A DNA stretch of 62,069 nucleotides, filler included, from Globobulimina sp. (lineage: Eukaryota): assembly GCA_003354225.1 (NCBI GenBank). It is 30 parts of 30 records of this genome, joined end to end, with 100 filler letters (N's around TTAATTAATTAA, not from the genome) between each part and the next. Parts side by side here need not be neighbours in the genome. Positions count along the whole stretch, not along the records: positions 20,740 to 22,712 come from PIVH01010090.1; positions 22,813 to 24,785 come from PIVH01010091.1; positions 24,886 to 26,858 come from PIVH01010092.1; positions 26,959 to 28,930 come from PIVH01010093.1; positions 29,031 to 31,002 come from PIVH01010094.1; positions 31,103 to 33,074 come from PIVH01010095.1; positions 33,175 to 35,146 come from PIVH01010096.1; 23 more parts are not named here. One strand, 5' to 3'. Position numbers and translations under genes: made by a program. Positions 21,715-33,986 of the stretch are shown one piece after another. Below the pieces are notes generated by a model. It was not told the DNA's origin, ran no database searches, and saw only the letters and a list, made by a program, of their open reading frames with translations. Every line of letters begins with the position of its first letter. Positions within the stretch are counted from its first letter, which is position 1.

Positions 21715-22712
21715 ATGTCGCAACCGACTCCGAGTCAACCGGCAGTGGAAGCATTTCAAAATTTAGTATCAACAATTGAGAGTAAATTGGATGACATAAA
21801 ACAGCAAAATCCATTGGAGCAACTACCAACAGTTAAATTTATTTTTCCCTCAAAACCCTTGCGCTAATACACTAACCACAAAATTCTGTAACACAGTCAT
21901 TTGAGAGCAATAAAAATGGTAACAAAAAAGGAAATAAAAATAAAAATAAAAACAGAGGCCGAGGCAGAGGCAGAGGCAGAGGGAAAAAACGCAGACAATA
22001 CCATCAAGATTCTAATAATGCATTAACTGCGACAGACACCTCTCAATTTAAAAAATCTGTGGACGATGTTAAGTAAAAATAAAATGAATTAATATTTAAA
22101 CATTCTCCACAATTAACTTTAAAACTGTTACAGTTTACGAACAACACTGAGAAAAGGAAATGGTTTTACCAACAATTTATCAAAAATTATCGCAATTTAC
22201 CCAACCATTTACAGACAAAGTATGATGTTCCAGTCATTGACAATGACAACAGCAACAATCCAGATTCCACCACTGTTGATTATGGAGCATTAATATTGAA
22301 AATATCAGAAAATCCCAAACTGGAAAAGCCAACATTTAGAGAGACATCAAAGCAAAAAACGTATTATATTCATAACACTGTGACTCCGCCGGTTTGTAAA
22401 AAACGGAAACTTAATAATAATGCGACAGACACAAAAGATGATGAACAAAAGTTAGCGCTGGAAATGGTGGACACTGCCAAACAACGTCAGACTGTGTGGA
22501 CTTATTATGACCAATTAACCAGTTATTATTATTCCCGTTATTTATATTATTCATCGCAAGCAATCGGAAAGCATTGGAATTATGTTGACAGAGAAGAATG
22601 CATTGGACGCATAAATAAAAGGCAACGCATTTATATGGCCGAATATTCTGACCCCAAAGCCTTGGAACTTCATTTAAGGTTTGTCACAATTACACAATGC
22701 ATTTTTTTTATA
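21715..22712 (+). CDS. Hypothetical protein with RG repeats and an NLS-like motif, 3' partial; introns 21832-21896 and 22068-22133
   Basis: Two phase-0 GT-AG introns join MSQPTPS.. to ORF 22296; RGRGRGRGRG; PPVCKKRKL. Confidence 0.6.
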
Positions 22713-22814
22713 NNNNNNNNNNNNNNNNNNNNNNNNNNNNNNNNNNNNNNNNNNNNTTAATTAATTAANNNNNNNNNNNNNNNNNNNNNNNNNNNNNNNN
22801 NNNNNNNNNNNNTT

Positions 22815-23336
22815 GGAACCACTGCCTGCGAACTATGCTCATCTCTGCGACCGAGTGAGAACTCGAAGGACACGAATAAAGAAACAAAGTTAACGCCGCA
22901 GACTCAGACACCGCTGGCATTTGTGTATGATGATGATGAGGAGGAATTGCATCGGAATTTGTCATTTAACAGTTTGTTTTATGGCAATTCATATATGGAT
23001 AATAAGCGTGGCAATAAAAATAATGATATTGGAAGGAATATGACGCAGTTCAATGAAGGCGACCATATATTATACAAAGGCGGGAAAGAGTCGATCGAAG
23101 GAATGATTGTAACCATTCGGGACATAAAAGAAACACCGTGGCCGATAAAGATTGAATATTACTCAATGAATGAATTTGGTAAAAAACGGAAACAAAATAT
23201 GTGGGTTTTACCGCAAGAATTGATTAAAGTGCATAGTAATAAGCAACAAGAGCCAGAGCAAGAGTATGATGCATATAATAATGATGATGAATTGTATGAT
23301 TATGAGGATGAAGAAGATGATAATAATGGTAGCTAA
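22815..23336 (+). CDS. C-terminal fragment with half of a RanBP2-type zinc finger and an SH3-like segment
   Basis: ACELCSSLRP in frame upstream of ORF 22923; FNEGDHILY..EGMIV. Confidence 0.5.
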   Translation, partial: GTTACELCSSLRPSENSKDTNKETKLTPQTQTPLAFVYDDDEEELHRNLSFNSLFYGNSYMDNKRGNKNNDIGRNMTQFNEGDHILYKGGKESIEGMIVTIRDIKETPWPIKIEYYSMNEFGKKRKQNMWVLPQELIKVHSNKQQEPEQEYDAYNNDDELYDYEDEEDDNNGS

Positions 23337-23716
23337 CTATCATTACAATGTATATTTATTTTCTTTTTTGTTGATTGCATTTGTTTCTTGCTTTGGAAAA
23401 CTGATTAAAATAAAACTGTCAATATCGATCATAAAATTATATACTTTTTTCTTTGTTTGCTTGTGTTATTTGAGTATATTATGTTCTTTTGATTTTTTGC
23501 TTTTTTTCCCTTATTATTTGATTTTGTGTTGTTTTCCCTTTTTTTTTGTTGATCATTTCTTACCTCATTATATTTTTTACACTCAAAAAAAAACACGTTT
23601 TATAAATAATGCTTATCACAGTATAGTTACGTAATAATTATTATATGTTGTATATATATATATATCATTTTTATATAGATTATTCTTGTAATATATTAAC
23701 AAAAATTAAAATATTT

Positions 23717-24785
23717 TCATTCTGCTATTAAATCCGATAATATTTGAGTGTTTTTAATAAATATGGCGGCATGTCCGTAACCATCCAACCTTCTGGCGAT
23801 GCTATTTTTTAAGTTATCGCAATACCATTGTCCATTCGGAGCAGCGTCATCTTTGGTTCCATACCATACAAATATTTTAGGAATAACAATATCTCGGACT
23901 TTAAATGGCCATTCAGTAGAATTTAGTAAAAACGTATCTTGAATCATTGCATGTGCGCCATTACTTTTTGATTGACACACAGCATATTTGAATTGATGCT
24001 CTTGTTCAAGAATCCAATCCTCATTTTCATCAAAAAATTGTGCTTCAACAGTTAACTTTCCAAAATTCTTTTTAGCAAATCTCGTAAACTGCGCAGGATC
24101 TGTTGAATACGTTTGAAATGTAATTATAGTTCCCATCAATTGAAGGCAACGAACCTCTTTCCCATGAATTTATCAATGGTTTAAAACAGCATAACAGGCA
24201 GCACAGACAATTTACAACACTGCATATTAGTCAGGTATATTATTCCGAATTTGTGTCTTATCATATTTGGATTTACAACACCAAAACAAGTAGTTCATTG
24301 TGGTGATGTATCAACTGCAAAAGTTGTGTCTGTAGTGATATTTCGTATACAAACACTACAGAGCTAATTTATTGTGGAGCGATCAACTCCAAAAGTTGAA
24401 GTCCGACCACCACAATTAAAAATTTAAAATTATAGCTCAATAGTTGTGACTGCAGTGAGTAATTAAACATTTACTTGTTTTGGGGTTGTTCATACCAGAA
24501 ACGTTGAATGACTCTAGCTCCCTTTTCCTGCGGTCTATCTAAAGGAGCATTGCCATGAACAGGATTTGGTGGACAGACAATAGCACATTGTTTAATCAAT
24601 GATGGATAAAATGCTGCAACACTTAAGAGGTGAGGACAGCCAGCACTGTGTGCCATAAAATAAACGGACTCTCCAAACCTAAAATGGTTTGTGCATATAA
24701 AATAAATATCATTCGCATATGATTTGTATGTTCTATTTTCATCATTTTGTGCTGTGGACTGTCCATAACCAGGCCTCTCGATTAT
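23717..24785 (-). CDS. Alpha/beta hydrolase, 5' partial, intron-containing, possible frameshift near 24160
   Basis: ERPGYGQS; nucleophile elbow AHSAG; VWYGTKD; GYGH. Confidence 0.75.
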
Positions 24786-24885
24786 NNNNNNNNNNNNNNN
24801 NNNNNNNNNNNNNNNNNNNNNNNNNNNNNTTAATTAATTAANNNNNNNNNNNNNNNNNNNNNNNNNNNNNNNNNNNNNNNNNNNN

Positions 24886-25436
24886 TTTGCTTTATGAGCT
24901 TACGTTTTATAACTACAAGTAATCACTGAAGTCTCGTCGCCACCAGTTCTCAGTACTGAAGTGCTCCATCTGTCCACCTGTCCATCTTCCATTGTTGTAG
25001 CTCCCTCTTGTACTTGGTCTTGTTTGTCCAATCCTTATTCTAAGATTCTTCCGACTGCACTCCAATCCATATTCTAAATCTTGTAAATAACCAATTTCGT
25101 GGGGACTTGAGTTAATGTGATAGCAATACGACGCCTCGCTACTACTACCTTTCCGGCATCAGCAGGGGGTGGAACATTAATGATTGACCTCGGGTCAGGC
25201 ATCTTGTTGGACCAGCAAGGTTGCATTTAAATTTCGCGCTTTATCTCTCCCCGACGTCTCGAGGTTGCTTCAAATAGCAATATACGGTATTGAAGGTCTT
25301 ATCCAATCCGTCAGCGCCAATTTCGAATGTGGTTCCTCTCCGAATGCCTGCTTTGCAATTATGCCCTTTTGTTAATTTGTCCTCCAACAACCCAAAATGG
25401 GGTATCAATGCTGCAGTCATATCCAATTTCGGTCAT
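24886..25436 (-). pseudogene. Decayed coding sequence of unknown family
   Basis: Protein-like translation (MTEIGYDCSIDTPFWVVGG..KMPDPRSIINVPPPADAGKVVVARRR) broken by frameshifts and stops. Confidence 0.35.
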
Positions 25437-25895
25437 GCTGTCCTCTTTCGGATATTTTTTGATTCAAAAATGTAAGTACGGGAGCACGTAGATAACAACA
25501 TAACAATAAAATCAATAACTACTACCAAAATGTACGCCAAAATTAGTCTTATTTCAACGCACCAGCATCTCTCAGGATTGACTAGAAACTGTTTGAAGCC
25601 GTTTGGCTGTAGTATTAATACCATGTATGGGGTGGACCTATGGAGGTGGTGTCGATAATCTACCACTACATGCAAAATAACAGCACTAATCAACTTGGCA
25701 ACTAAACCTCAGCATTCTACCATTCATTCAATTAGACTTCATTCATTCCGTGAAAATTACTATAATTTATTTTACAAAACAAAAAGTGCAATTATGAACG
25801 CAAATGCAACAAAACTTCAACACATAAAATACTTCAATACAATTTAATAATACAAAAAATGATAAAAATTTGTTAGTAACCTAAAATTTGTAATA

Positions 25896-26855
25896 CTATT
25901 TTGATTGTTGGTCATTTGGTCGCTGTGAATCGCTATTATGTACTTCAAATTCTTTACTTGCGAGTTCACGTTGTAGATTTTGTTCGATTGCTTGCCTTTT
26001 TACTTCTGTAAATTTTATCCAAGATGAGCATGGTCGTTCTTCTTTGCAATCTTCGCATATCCATGCCTTCGGATCTTTACAAAACAATATATCAGGCCAT
26101 CTTTCTGCTGTCATAACTTGTATCTTCTCAGTCCTTTCTGCTAATGCCTCGTCTGGAATTGGGCGATATTTGCGCTTCACTCGCAAGGCTTGCACTTGAT
26201 ATTCTCGTATTATTGACATAGGAATATTTGGCCATGCTTGTTCATTGGTCATCATTGGATAGCCACGTTCTTGACAATATTCTCGTCTATGTATTCCTCT
26301 ACAAATGTCGCGGAATAATGATCCGGTTGAATTTGTTGTTGATTGACTTGTACATAATTGGCGCCAATGTCCCGGAACATTACAATTGTGGCAAACATAG
26401 CCTGGTCCTGGGATCCCTTTCGGTACCCATCTATAGGTCCATCCCGTATGTTTCTTTCTTACGAGGACTTCCTTTTCCGGTCTTGGTATTACCTCTGTTG
26501 TTAAAATCGCATTTATCTTTTCAATTTGAGTTGCTTGGTCTTCAACTTGCGATGATTTATCTTCTGTCCTTTGTTTCTCCGATGTTTCACCGTTGATTCG
26601 TCGAAATGCATGAGTCCACATTCGAGCACAGCTTTCTTTCATTGTCATTGCTAATGATTTCTCGATGTTGTTCTCTTCTTGTCTAAGTGAACTATTGGTA
26701 TTAACAGTTCTTTTTCTTGGTATTGTATTTAATGACATTTCAACATTACCTCTTGCTACCGTTTGGTGATGTGATTCAGTTCTACAATCCTCATAGAGTC
26801 GGAGCCGGGAATTTGAATTATAGTTATGATTATGAATATTATAATAATAAACCAC
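25896..26855 (-). CDS. CCHC zinc-knuckle protein, 5' partial, possibly transposon- or virus-derived
   Basis: PGPGYVCHNCNVPGHWRQLC (CX2CX4HX4C) plus a later CEDC motif. Confidence 0.6.
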   Translation of the reverse strand: MVYYYNIHNHNYNSNSRLRLYEDCRTESHHQTVARGNVEMSLNTIPRKRTVNTNSSLRQEENNIEKSLAMTMKESCARMWTHAFRRINGETSEKQRTEDKSSQVEDQATQIEKINAILTTEVIPRPEKEVLVRKKHTGWTYRWVPKGIPGPGYVCHNCNVPGHWRQLCTSQSTTNSTGSLFRDICRGIHRREYCQERGYPMMTNEQAWPNIPMSIIREYQVQALRVKRKYRPIPDEALAERTEKIQVMTAERWPDILFCKDPKAWICEDCKEERPCSSWIKFTEVKRQAIEQNLQRELASKEFEVHNSDSQRPNDQQSK

Positions 26856-26958
26856 ATCNNNNNNNNNNNNNNNNNNNNNNNNNNNNNNNNNNNNNNNNNN
26901 NNTTAATTAATTAANNNNNNNNNNNNNNNNNNNNNNNNNNNNNNNNNNNNNNNNNNNN

Positions 26959-27166
26959 AGGTTTGTAAACATAATATTTTGCCACTCGACTTATTTAATT
27001 CATAAATCGCGGCATGATTTGATGACACCGTTGCAAAAATATTATTAGTTGAATCCTCCCCATAGTCAAAAAAAGAAACGCTGTATATCTTTTCACGATG
27101 ACTTTCTACTGCTTTACATACAAACGCCAGCTTAAAATCTTTGCCATTCTCTTCTAACGCTGCCAT
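26959..27166 (-). CDS. EED: Polycomb PRC2 subunit EED/ESC/FIE N-terminus, 3' partial
   Basis: ESHREKIYSVSF..IFATVSSNHAAIYEL..KILCLQT matches the EED/FIE pattern EDHxxxLFGVQF..VFATVGSNRVTLYE..IRLLQSY. Confidence 0.72.
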
Positions 27167-27222
27167 TAGGTTCTAAACAACATTTCGTCGACCAAAAAAC
27201 TTTGGTAGGCAATCCTAGCACC

Positions 27223-28930
27223 ATGACATTCCTGAAGCTATTGTTTGTAATATCATCATATATGATATACTGCAGTGCTGAAACAAACAGAATCACATGT
27301 TATCCACGTTAATTTCCATTACGTCTAACAACCAAATAATATATATCCTCGCACACAAATACACCAAAAACGACAGAAACGACAGCAGAGCCGACACGAC
27401 AGGGCGGGGCCAACACACCAGCACCAATTCAATCTGGCGGAGGCCAGGAACCAATCACGGAGCCCCCTGTCGAAGATGACCAAGACATCGCAGCCTGTGC
27501 AAGCCCACCAAACACCGATGTAATAATACTAAACGATGTCTCCTGTCCTATCTCCGAAGCCCAATGTGATACACAGCAACGAATGATTGCACAAATGATG
27601 TTAGCCATCAAAGGGGAAGATTACACGGGAAGCGATAAGAAACCAACGGTGAGAGTGGGATACATCACGTTTGACGCTGCGGCTATTTCTGTGGTTGTCT
27701 CGATATCCGATGACCGATACAATCTATTACCAGTCAACGAATCCGATATCGAGTCGCTGTATGATACGCTAAGAAACTCGCAAACTTGCTCCAGTGCACC
27801 CGACCGCGCTGCCGATGGAGAGCCTGCATTGCTGAGCGCATTAAAAAAAGCTAAAAACATTTTCAGGGACTATGGAGATTCGCAAAGAGATCCCAGAATT
27901 ATTATCTTCAGTAATTGTAAAGTGGGTTCTGCGGCGAGGCCAAACATTTGCTCATTCGCACAAACACAGACCAGCAACGGTGTTAATATGTATTTGGTGC
28001 ATAATGGTGGCCATTTTGCAGAGGATGATACATATTTGATGTGCTTAGCTGAGTATGACGCCAACCGAGTGTTTATTAATACTGCTTTTAATTATACGGA
28101 CTGGGATCGGCCGCTCGGTATTCGCGATAAAATGCGAGATGACTTTATATGTTGGCATCCGACCCCTGCGCCGACCAGCGACCCCACCTCTGATCCAACT
28201 GCAGACCCAACAGTTGTTACTGCGGAGACTCCCTTGGAGGCGCTGCCCGTGCGGAGGTTATATGAGTTTGATATATCTGGCGCAAACTCGCCCTGTATCA
28301 CGTTTGAAATTAAATTAGAAACTGAGAACTTATTGCCACACAATACGCAGCCGGACCCTGCCTCCAATATCGCTATTATTGGGAGAGCCATTGCCAATGT
28401 GACTGGGGGTGTGGTGACTGTGCCGTACACGCCCGACGAAGCAGACGGAGAGCGCTTGGAGGATTTCCCCGATTACGTACCATGGATATTAGATGCAAAT
28501 TGCACAGACGACTCGCAAATGATTGATTATTATATGGTTTGTGTTACTTTGCAGTTTCACGTAAACAAACACGAAACAAACGGACGTTTTCTTTTGTTGC
28601 GAATGTACTCAACACCACACAGCCAAAGCTCGACTGGTCGCCCGATTTTGAATTGGTAGTGGAAGAGACTGACAGCGGATTTGTGGTAAGAAGTGAACTC
28701 GTCACTAACAACAGCATTGTTTATGAATTTAGGGTCAACACATTGATGCTGGATATCACCAGTGACTGCAGCGGAGCTATAGATGTCACTGCTGGTATTT
28801 TTTTGAGTGTTGAGTTGTCTCTTATCGTTGGAGTTATTTTTTATTATATTGTGCATTTTTATTTGATTTAGGATACGTTGATTGAGGGCACAAGCACAAC
28901 TACCACAGTACCTGCGTTTAATACGGAATC
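27223..28930 (+). CDS. Secreted or surface vWA-domain protein with a P-T-S-D stalk, 3' partial; first intron 27308-27376 plus two more
   Basis: Signal peptide; DVIILNDVSC, VRVGYITF and PRIIIFSN; PTPAPTSDPTSDPTADPT. Confidence 0.7.
27344..27354 (-). promoter_or_regulatory. GTGCGAGGATA motif, copy 4 (intronic)
   Basis: TATCCTCGCAC on + within intron 27308-27376. Confidence 0.35.
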
Positions 28931-29030
28931 NNNNNNNNNNNNNNNNNNNNNNNNNNNNNNNNNNNNNNNNNNNNTTAATTAATTAANNNNNNNNNNNNNN
29001 NNNNNNNNNNNNNNNNNNNNNNNNNNNNNN

Positions 29031-29647
29031 TCCCTATTAAAGGAGTTATACACTTTATGCTTCGTATTTGTTGTAAATATGCTGTCCATTTTTTGTTTGC
29101 AGCAACATATATTAACAACAGATACAAAACAGTACAATCTTAAGTACATTGACTATATATTCCGTACCGTTACAATATCATCATCCGCAAATTCCGTATA
29201 ATTGTTTTTGCCATGTTTGCCATTGGCAACCACTGCTCCCTTCCTGTCCTCCTGTACATACATGGCACACAACGTGAATGAAAGCAAACTGATGCAAGCT
29301 CCAATAATACACGGTGGCAAATAGGGATACTCATACTCAAATATCCAGAATCTCAGCACCGATTCAGATGGTGTATGCGTTCCATCTTCGTGCAGTTCAT
29401 AGGAATGGATCAATACGCCGCCGGCTGTCGAGCCTAAAATGATTCCTCCACTGAATGCAATGGCAAATATTGAAAATGCAAAAGCTCGATTAGTACTAAC
29501 GGTGATATCAGCAATATAGGCACGAGCTACACCAATGTTGCCGTTGAAGATTCCGGCCAACATTCTGGCCGCGATTGCCTGGGCATAAGTTTTTGAGAAA
29601 CCAAAAATAATGATAGCAACACCACTTACTCCTAATCCAAGTAACAA
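29031..29647 (-). CDS. MFS transporter (ZIFL/TetA-like) internal fragment
   Basis: FGFSKTYAQAIAARMLAGIFNGNIGVARAYIADIT..NRAFAF; YPYLPPC. Confidence 0.82.
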
Positions 29648-29785
29648 CCATAACCCCCTCTACTTCCGTTTACTCGATGACTAGCTCACTTCTAAAAAAT
29701 CTTAAAATCAGTGTTATCTCCCAGCAATTTGAGACTTCACACGCATTGAACTTTAGGTTTACACGCTATTGGTTTTCAGTGTAAT

Positions 29786-29796
29786 GTGCAAGGATA
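29786..29796 (+). promoter_or_regulatory. GTGCAAGGATA motif, copy 5
   Basis: Intergenic; shares the 15-mer TAATGTGCAAGGATA with copy 3. Confidence 0.5.
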
Positions 29797-30089
29797 TCAC
29801 CTATGAAAAACTTTATTTGTACATAAAAATCTGAATTAGTGATTGTCAGATAGATTAAAATACAAATGTACGATGGAATGGGTTAATTAGTTTAACCTGA
29901 CCATACCACCTGAATGTGGATAATTTCGTTACTAAATTTATATTCAATTTAATTATTTAAAATAAAATTATAAACGTACTATTTAATATTATAAAAAATT
30001 TGTTGCTACAAACAAATAAAAAAAAAAGTCCAAAAGAACAGAATGAGAAAGATTATATAACAACGTATAATGTGTATGTCTAAATCAAA

Positions 30090-30446
30090 TCATTGCATTA
30101 TTTTTCTGTTTATTTCATTATTACATTTTGTTAATTCATCGATTAAATTATCAGACGACGTGCAAAGCCATTCATTATCCTCAATTCTTTTAAACATTAC
30201 AGATTCTGTGGCATTTTGAAAAAAATAATGGTTTCTGTCATGCATTTCTAAACAGGAAAAGGAGCGATGAGTATTCTTTCGACCGTCTGAGCTCCAATAA
30301 AACTCCCATATTTTCTCTGTGTTATTCAGTGTCAACCGGTCATTATTGCTGTTGCTAATGGTCAACTCTAAATTTTTCAATTCTAAATTGTTTGAAAAGT
30401 TTGATTTAGGTTTGTTATGTTTTAATTTTTGAATGAGGCAGTCCAT
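30090..30446 (-). CDS. Hypothetical protein (118 aa)
   Basis: ATG-initiated ORF; no family recognised. Confidence 0.4.
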   Translation of the reverse strand: MDCLIQKLKHNKPKSNFSNNLELKNLELTISNSNNDRLTLNNTEKIWEFYWSSDGRKNTHRSFSCLEMHDRNHYFFQNATESVMFKRIEDNEWLCTSSDNLIDELTKCNNEINRKIMQ

Positions 30447-30527
30447 TGTACGTAGTCAGTAATTAACAAAGTAAAATAAAGATGTTTTTATCCAAAAAAA
30501 ACTTTCTAGTTGAAAACCGTAAATCCA

Positions 30528-31002
30528 ATGTCTTCTGCTACCGTATATCTATTCATATTGACATGGTAATCCATATTTTTCCTATTTTGTTCGATCCTAA
30601 TTATTGTATCAATGTATTTTATCGGTCAAGCCGACGAACTGAATCAATATAAAAACACTTTAAACATTTTGACTTTGATAGGATTATTATCATTCTGGTT
30701 CACAATGATAACTGCGGGCAGCCGAACATATTTTGCATCCATCGGAAAGCAATTTGGTGCGGATTACGAAGTTTTTAACTTGCTTCATTAGGTTTTTGGT
30801 TAGTTGGTCAAAGCTCTGTTTATTTGTTGTTTATTCATCGAATTAAATTTTCTTTTCGGAACACAAAATACCAATCCTCTCAAGTAGTATATACATTGTT
30901 TTATTTTGGAATCGTAGCATTTTCAATATCTGTAGCAGCCAAAAATTGTATTGTATATCAGTATCGTTTTGGAGATCCATTTTTTGTTTCTGAAGCAAAG
31001 TA
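30528..31002 (+). pseudogene. Frameshifted multi-pass membrane (7TM-like) gene fragment
   Basis: Hydrophobic helices split across frames; YLLFIHRIKFSFRNTKY. Confidence 0.35.
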
Positions 31003-31102
31003 NNNNNNNNNNNNNNNNNNNNNNNNNNNNNNNNNNNNNNNNNNNNTTAATTAATTAANNNNNNNNNNNNNNNNNNNNNNNNNNNNNNNNNNNNNNNNNN
31101 NN

Positions 31103-32312
31103 GAATTACTGTCACATATTTTAAATCATCCATGTATTCCAAATTCGTCATCCTCACAAAGTACAGCAAAGAGAGCATTAAAAAAAGCTATGCGCGTCGG
31201 CTCAGTAAATGCTTTAAATTATTTAATTCAACAGAATGTAATGATATTTTCAAGTCAACAAAATACTTTTGATGATCTAAAAAGTTTCATATTTAACATA
31301 TTGAAAGCTCACGAAATTGGTTCTTGCAAATTAAATCAAAAAAATACAGAGAAAATGAAAGGAAAATGGGTTTGCAATGAGTGTGACAAACAGAATGATA
31401 CCAATTTATATATTTGTTCATTCTGCGGAATTAATCGTGGAGAAAATAAGAATGATACCGATGGTTTTGAAGGAATAAATGTTGGAAATAAAAATAACAA
31501 TATCATCATAGCAAATAGGTATGGTTTGATCCATGCTGTTTTATTAATTGTTCTTTGGATTTCTATTTAACAGATTTTGGAATTATTTGGCAAAAAGTTT
31601 GCAAGAGTTATACCAAAATAAAGATGGTAGTAAACAGCCTGATAATTTGTTAGAAAATTGGAGATATGGAATAAACGATAAAATGGGTGACAGTTTGTCT
31701 ATGGTACGATGCGCAAAATTTATGATTCGTCATCCCTTGGTTCAATATGCAATCTGTAAATATATTGAAACATTAGTTGTTGGCAATAATTATAGCTATA
31801 AATTATTACCAATTTTACAATTTATTTGCGAACATTACGGATTGTTTGATGATGAATATGGTTTGAAGGCATTATATGAAAAATGCAAAAGTGAAAAATT
31901 ATTTGATTGCTCCAAAATGATTGAATTTAAACTAAGTTTATTTTCATTTTTCAAGGACAACCAATCAATTCAGTTATTTTGGAGCGGATATATTGTACCA
32001 AAATTAATCAATGACATGGTGAATGTTAAAAAAAAAGCAGACGAGAAATTGTTGTTATACTGCATTCGATATATTTTGTCAAATGGAGCTGCAAATCATT
32101 ATAAAAAAGAATTTGTCAGCAAACTGAAACAAAATAACAATAATAAAACGATAAATAATTTGTGTGATGCCGTTGAACATGGTAAAAATATATGGATTCT
32201 GAAAAAAATGCAAAAGAATGACATGGTATCGTTATTTTCAAACATTTGTAATAAGAAAATTCCAATCCCGACCCATATTATACGATTAATTATATCCTTT
32301 CTTGTTTTGTAA
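31103..32312 (+). CDS. Protein with a RanBP2-type zinc finger, 5' partial; one intron ~31519-31573
   Basis: WVCNECDKQNDTNLYICSFCGINR; the intron joins the two ORFs. Confidence 0.6.
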
Positions 32313-32471
32313 ATTTACTGCATGTGTAATAATTTCACCGCAGTAACTGTATTTTAAAAACGCACAGCTTTCGGATTAAAAAGTCCGATTTCAAACACTT
32401 TTAAAAAACGTAAAATACAGTATATTAAATCAATAAACTCAATAAATAATATAATATAACATTTGACGAAT

Positions 32472-33074
32472 CTATAAATACGTTTCACTGACATTATACA
32501 CTACACTCATTGCTATCATTATAAACACAAAAAATAACACTATAAAAATACTAAAATAAAGAGCTTTTTGCTTCTTCTCCATTGCAACCTGTGGCGCTGT
32601 CTTATAATTTATAGGTATTTCAACATCAAAATCTGTGTCTTGAAGCAATCGATTCTGTAAAATAAACAATTTATTTGCCCAATCATCCACCTCTAAAATA
32701 ATGAATATTGTCAATGCCACATCCAATTTATAAACTAAATGTATCTGATTATTCATTTCCATGATTCCATAAAAAGTTAAACAAATATACATGACAAATG
32801 TGGCGAAAATTAGTATCCTGAATTCCAAAAAATATATGCTCTTTTTCGCACCTTCCATACTCCAATTTTTTGTGCTTTCTCGCAAAGCTTTAAAATTGGA
32901 TTTCATTCGATTAATATTTTTCAATCTGCCACTCACCACATCAATATCCCACAATACGTCGCCTTTTTGTTCAATTGTTTTGAGATAATACCACGTAGAA
33001 TTGGTTAAAGCTGTGATGTCGTTAAACATATAAATAAATAATGCCATCAATGCTGCGACATTGTACAATAACTC
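32472..33074 (-). CDS. Multi-pass membrane protein, C-terminal part
   Basis: Several hydrophobic helices; ALTIFIILEVDDW. Confidence 0.55.
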   Translation of the reverse strand, partial: ELLYNVAALMALFIYMFNDITALTNSTWYYLKTIEQKGDVLWDIDVVSGRLKNINRMKSNFKALRESTKNWSMEGAKKSIYFLEFRILIFATFVMYICLTFYGIMEMNNQIHLVYKLDVALTIFIILEVDDWANKLFILQNRLLQDTDFDVEIPINYKTAPQVAMEKKQKALYFSIFIVLFFVFIMIAMSVVYNVSETYL

Positions 33075-33174
33075 NNNNNNNNNNNNNNNNNNNNNNNNNN
33101 NNNNNNNNNNNNNNNNNNTTAATTAATTAANNNNNNNNNNNNNNNNNNNNNNNNNNNNNNNNNNNNNNNNNNNN

Positions 33175-33849
33175 TATGATACAATGGATGGAAAAGAAGG
33201 GTCAAATATCAATGTAAATGATGATGTCAAGACTGAATGTGATTGGATTGGAACATTAAACGATTTGACAGAAATAAAGAAATCAGAAATGAAACAAATC
33301 AGAAAAACTATTGATGATTTGATCAAGAATCAGGATGAAATAAGAGATGATGTTAAATCTGATTACAATAATAAATCGGTAGCTGATACAGTAAGGTTTG
33401 ATACATTTCCATCTGAATATATTGGTATTGAAAAGGATGGGAAATTGATTAAAATAATTAAACATAACTGTATGTTTGTTTTATTATATTCTTCAAATGG
33501 GTTTAATAAAGGATATCATAAATGGAGTATAAAATTTCATCAAGTTGCTCATGGTGGGACCAATGTATATATCGGTATAACTGACAGGGTTCATGCGAAT
33601 AAAACAAATGCATATATGTCTGCCTCGAGCAGTGTATGTTATAAGGTTAATAAACCGAAACTGAAATCTGGTGATAAAATTACCATTTTATTAGATTGTG
33701 ATAATTGGACTGTTGAAATGAAGCAAAATGGAAATATTATTCGACCAAAAGGAGGTATTAAAAGAAGCAAAACGTATTATCCTGCATTTCAATGTTGTGC
33801 TTGTAACAATCAGCTATTTGAAGTTGTTGACGCAGAAATTTCTACTTGA
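33175..33849 (+). CDS. Coiled-coil + B30.2/SPRY-like protein, 5' partial
   Basis: GFNKGYHKWSIK..YIGIT..KSGDKITILLDCDNW..YYPAF. Confidence 0.75.
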   Translation, partial: YDTMDGKEGSNINVNDDVKTECDWIGTLNDLTEIKKSEMKQIRKTIDDLIKNQDEIRDDVKSDYNNKSVADTVRFDTFPSEYIGIEKDGKLIKIIKHNCMFVLLYSSNGFNKGYHKWSIKFHQVAHGGTNVYIGITDRVHANKTNAYMSASSSVCYKVNKPKLKSGDKITILLDCDNWTVEMKQNGNIIRPKGGIKRSKTYYPAFQCCACNNQLFEVVDAEIST

Positions 33850-33986
33850 TATACTTGCAAATTATTCACCAAAATTTCCATAACGGTACCTCAGCTCAAA
33901 GAATTTACATAGAATCCTCCTGAATCATCAAATGGTGGGTAAAATATTTAAATGAATAGTTTACGAACTTATATATGAGGCAAGAG

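Noticed and set aside
7553-22418. Shared PP(V)CKK(Q/R)KLNN motif in two orphan proteins (7553-7582 and 22386-22418)
   Set aside because: It is a short SV40-type NLS-like motif, and I see no other homology between the proteins.
24886-25436. In-frame TAA/TAG suggesting a ciliate-type genetic code
   Set aside because: The same region also has frameshifts and TGA, and conserved genes such as H2A and LTA4H end normally at TAA.
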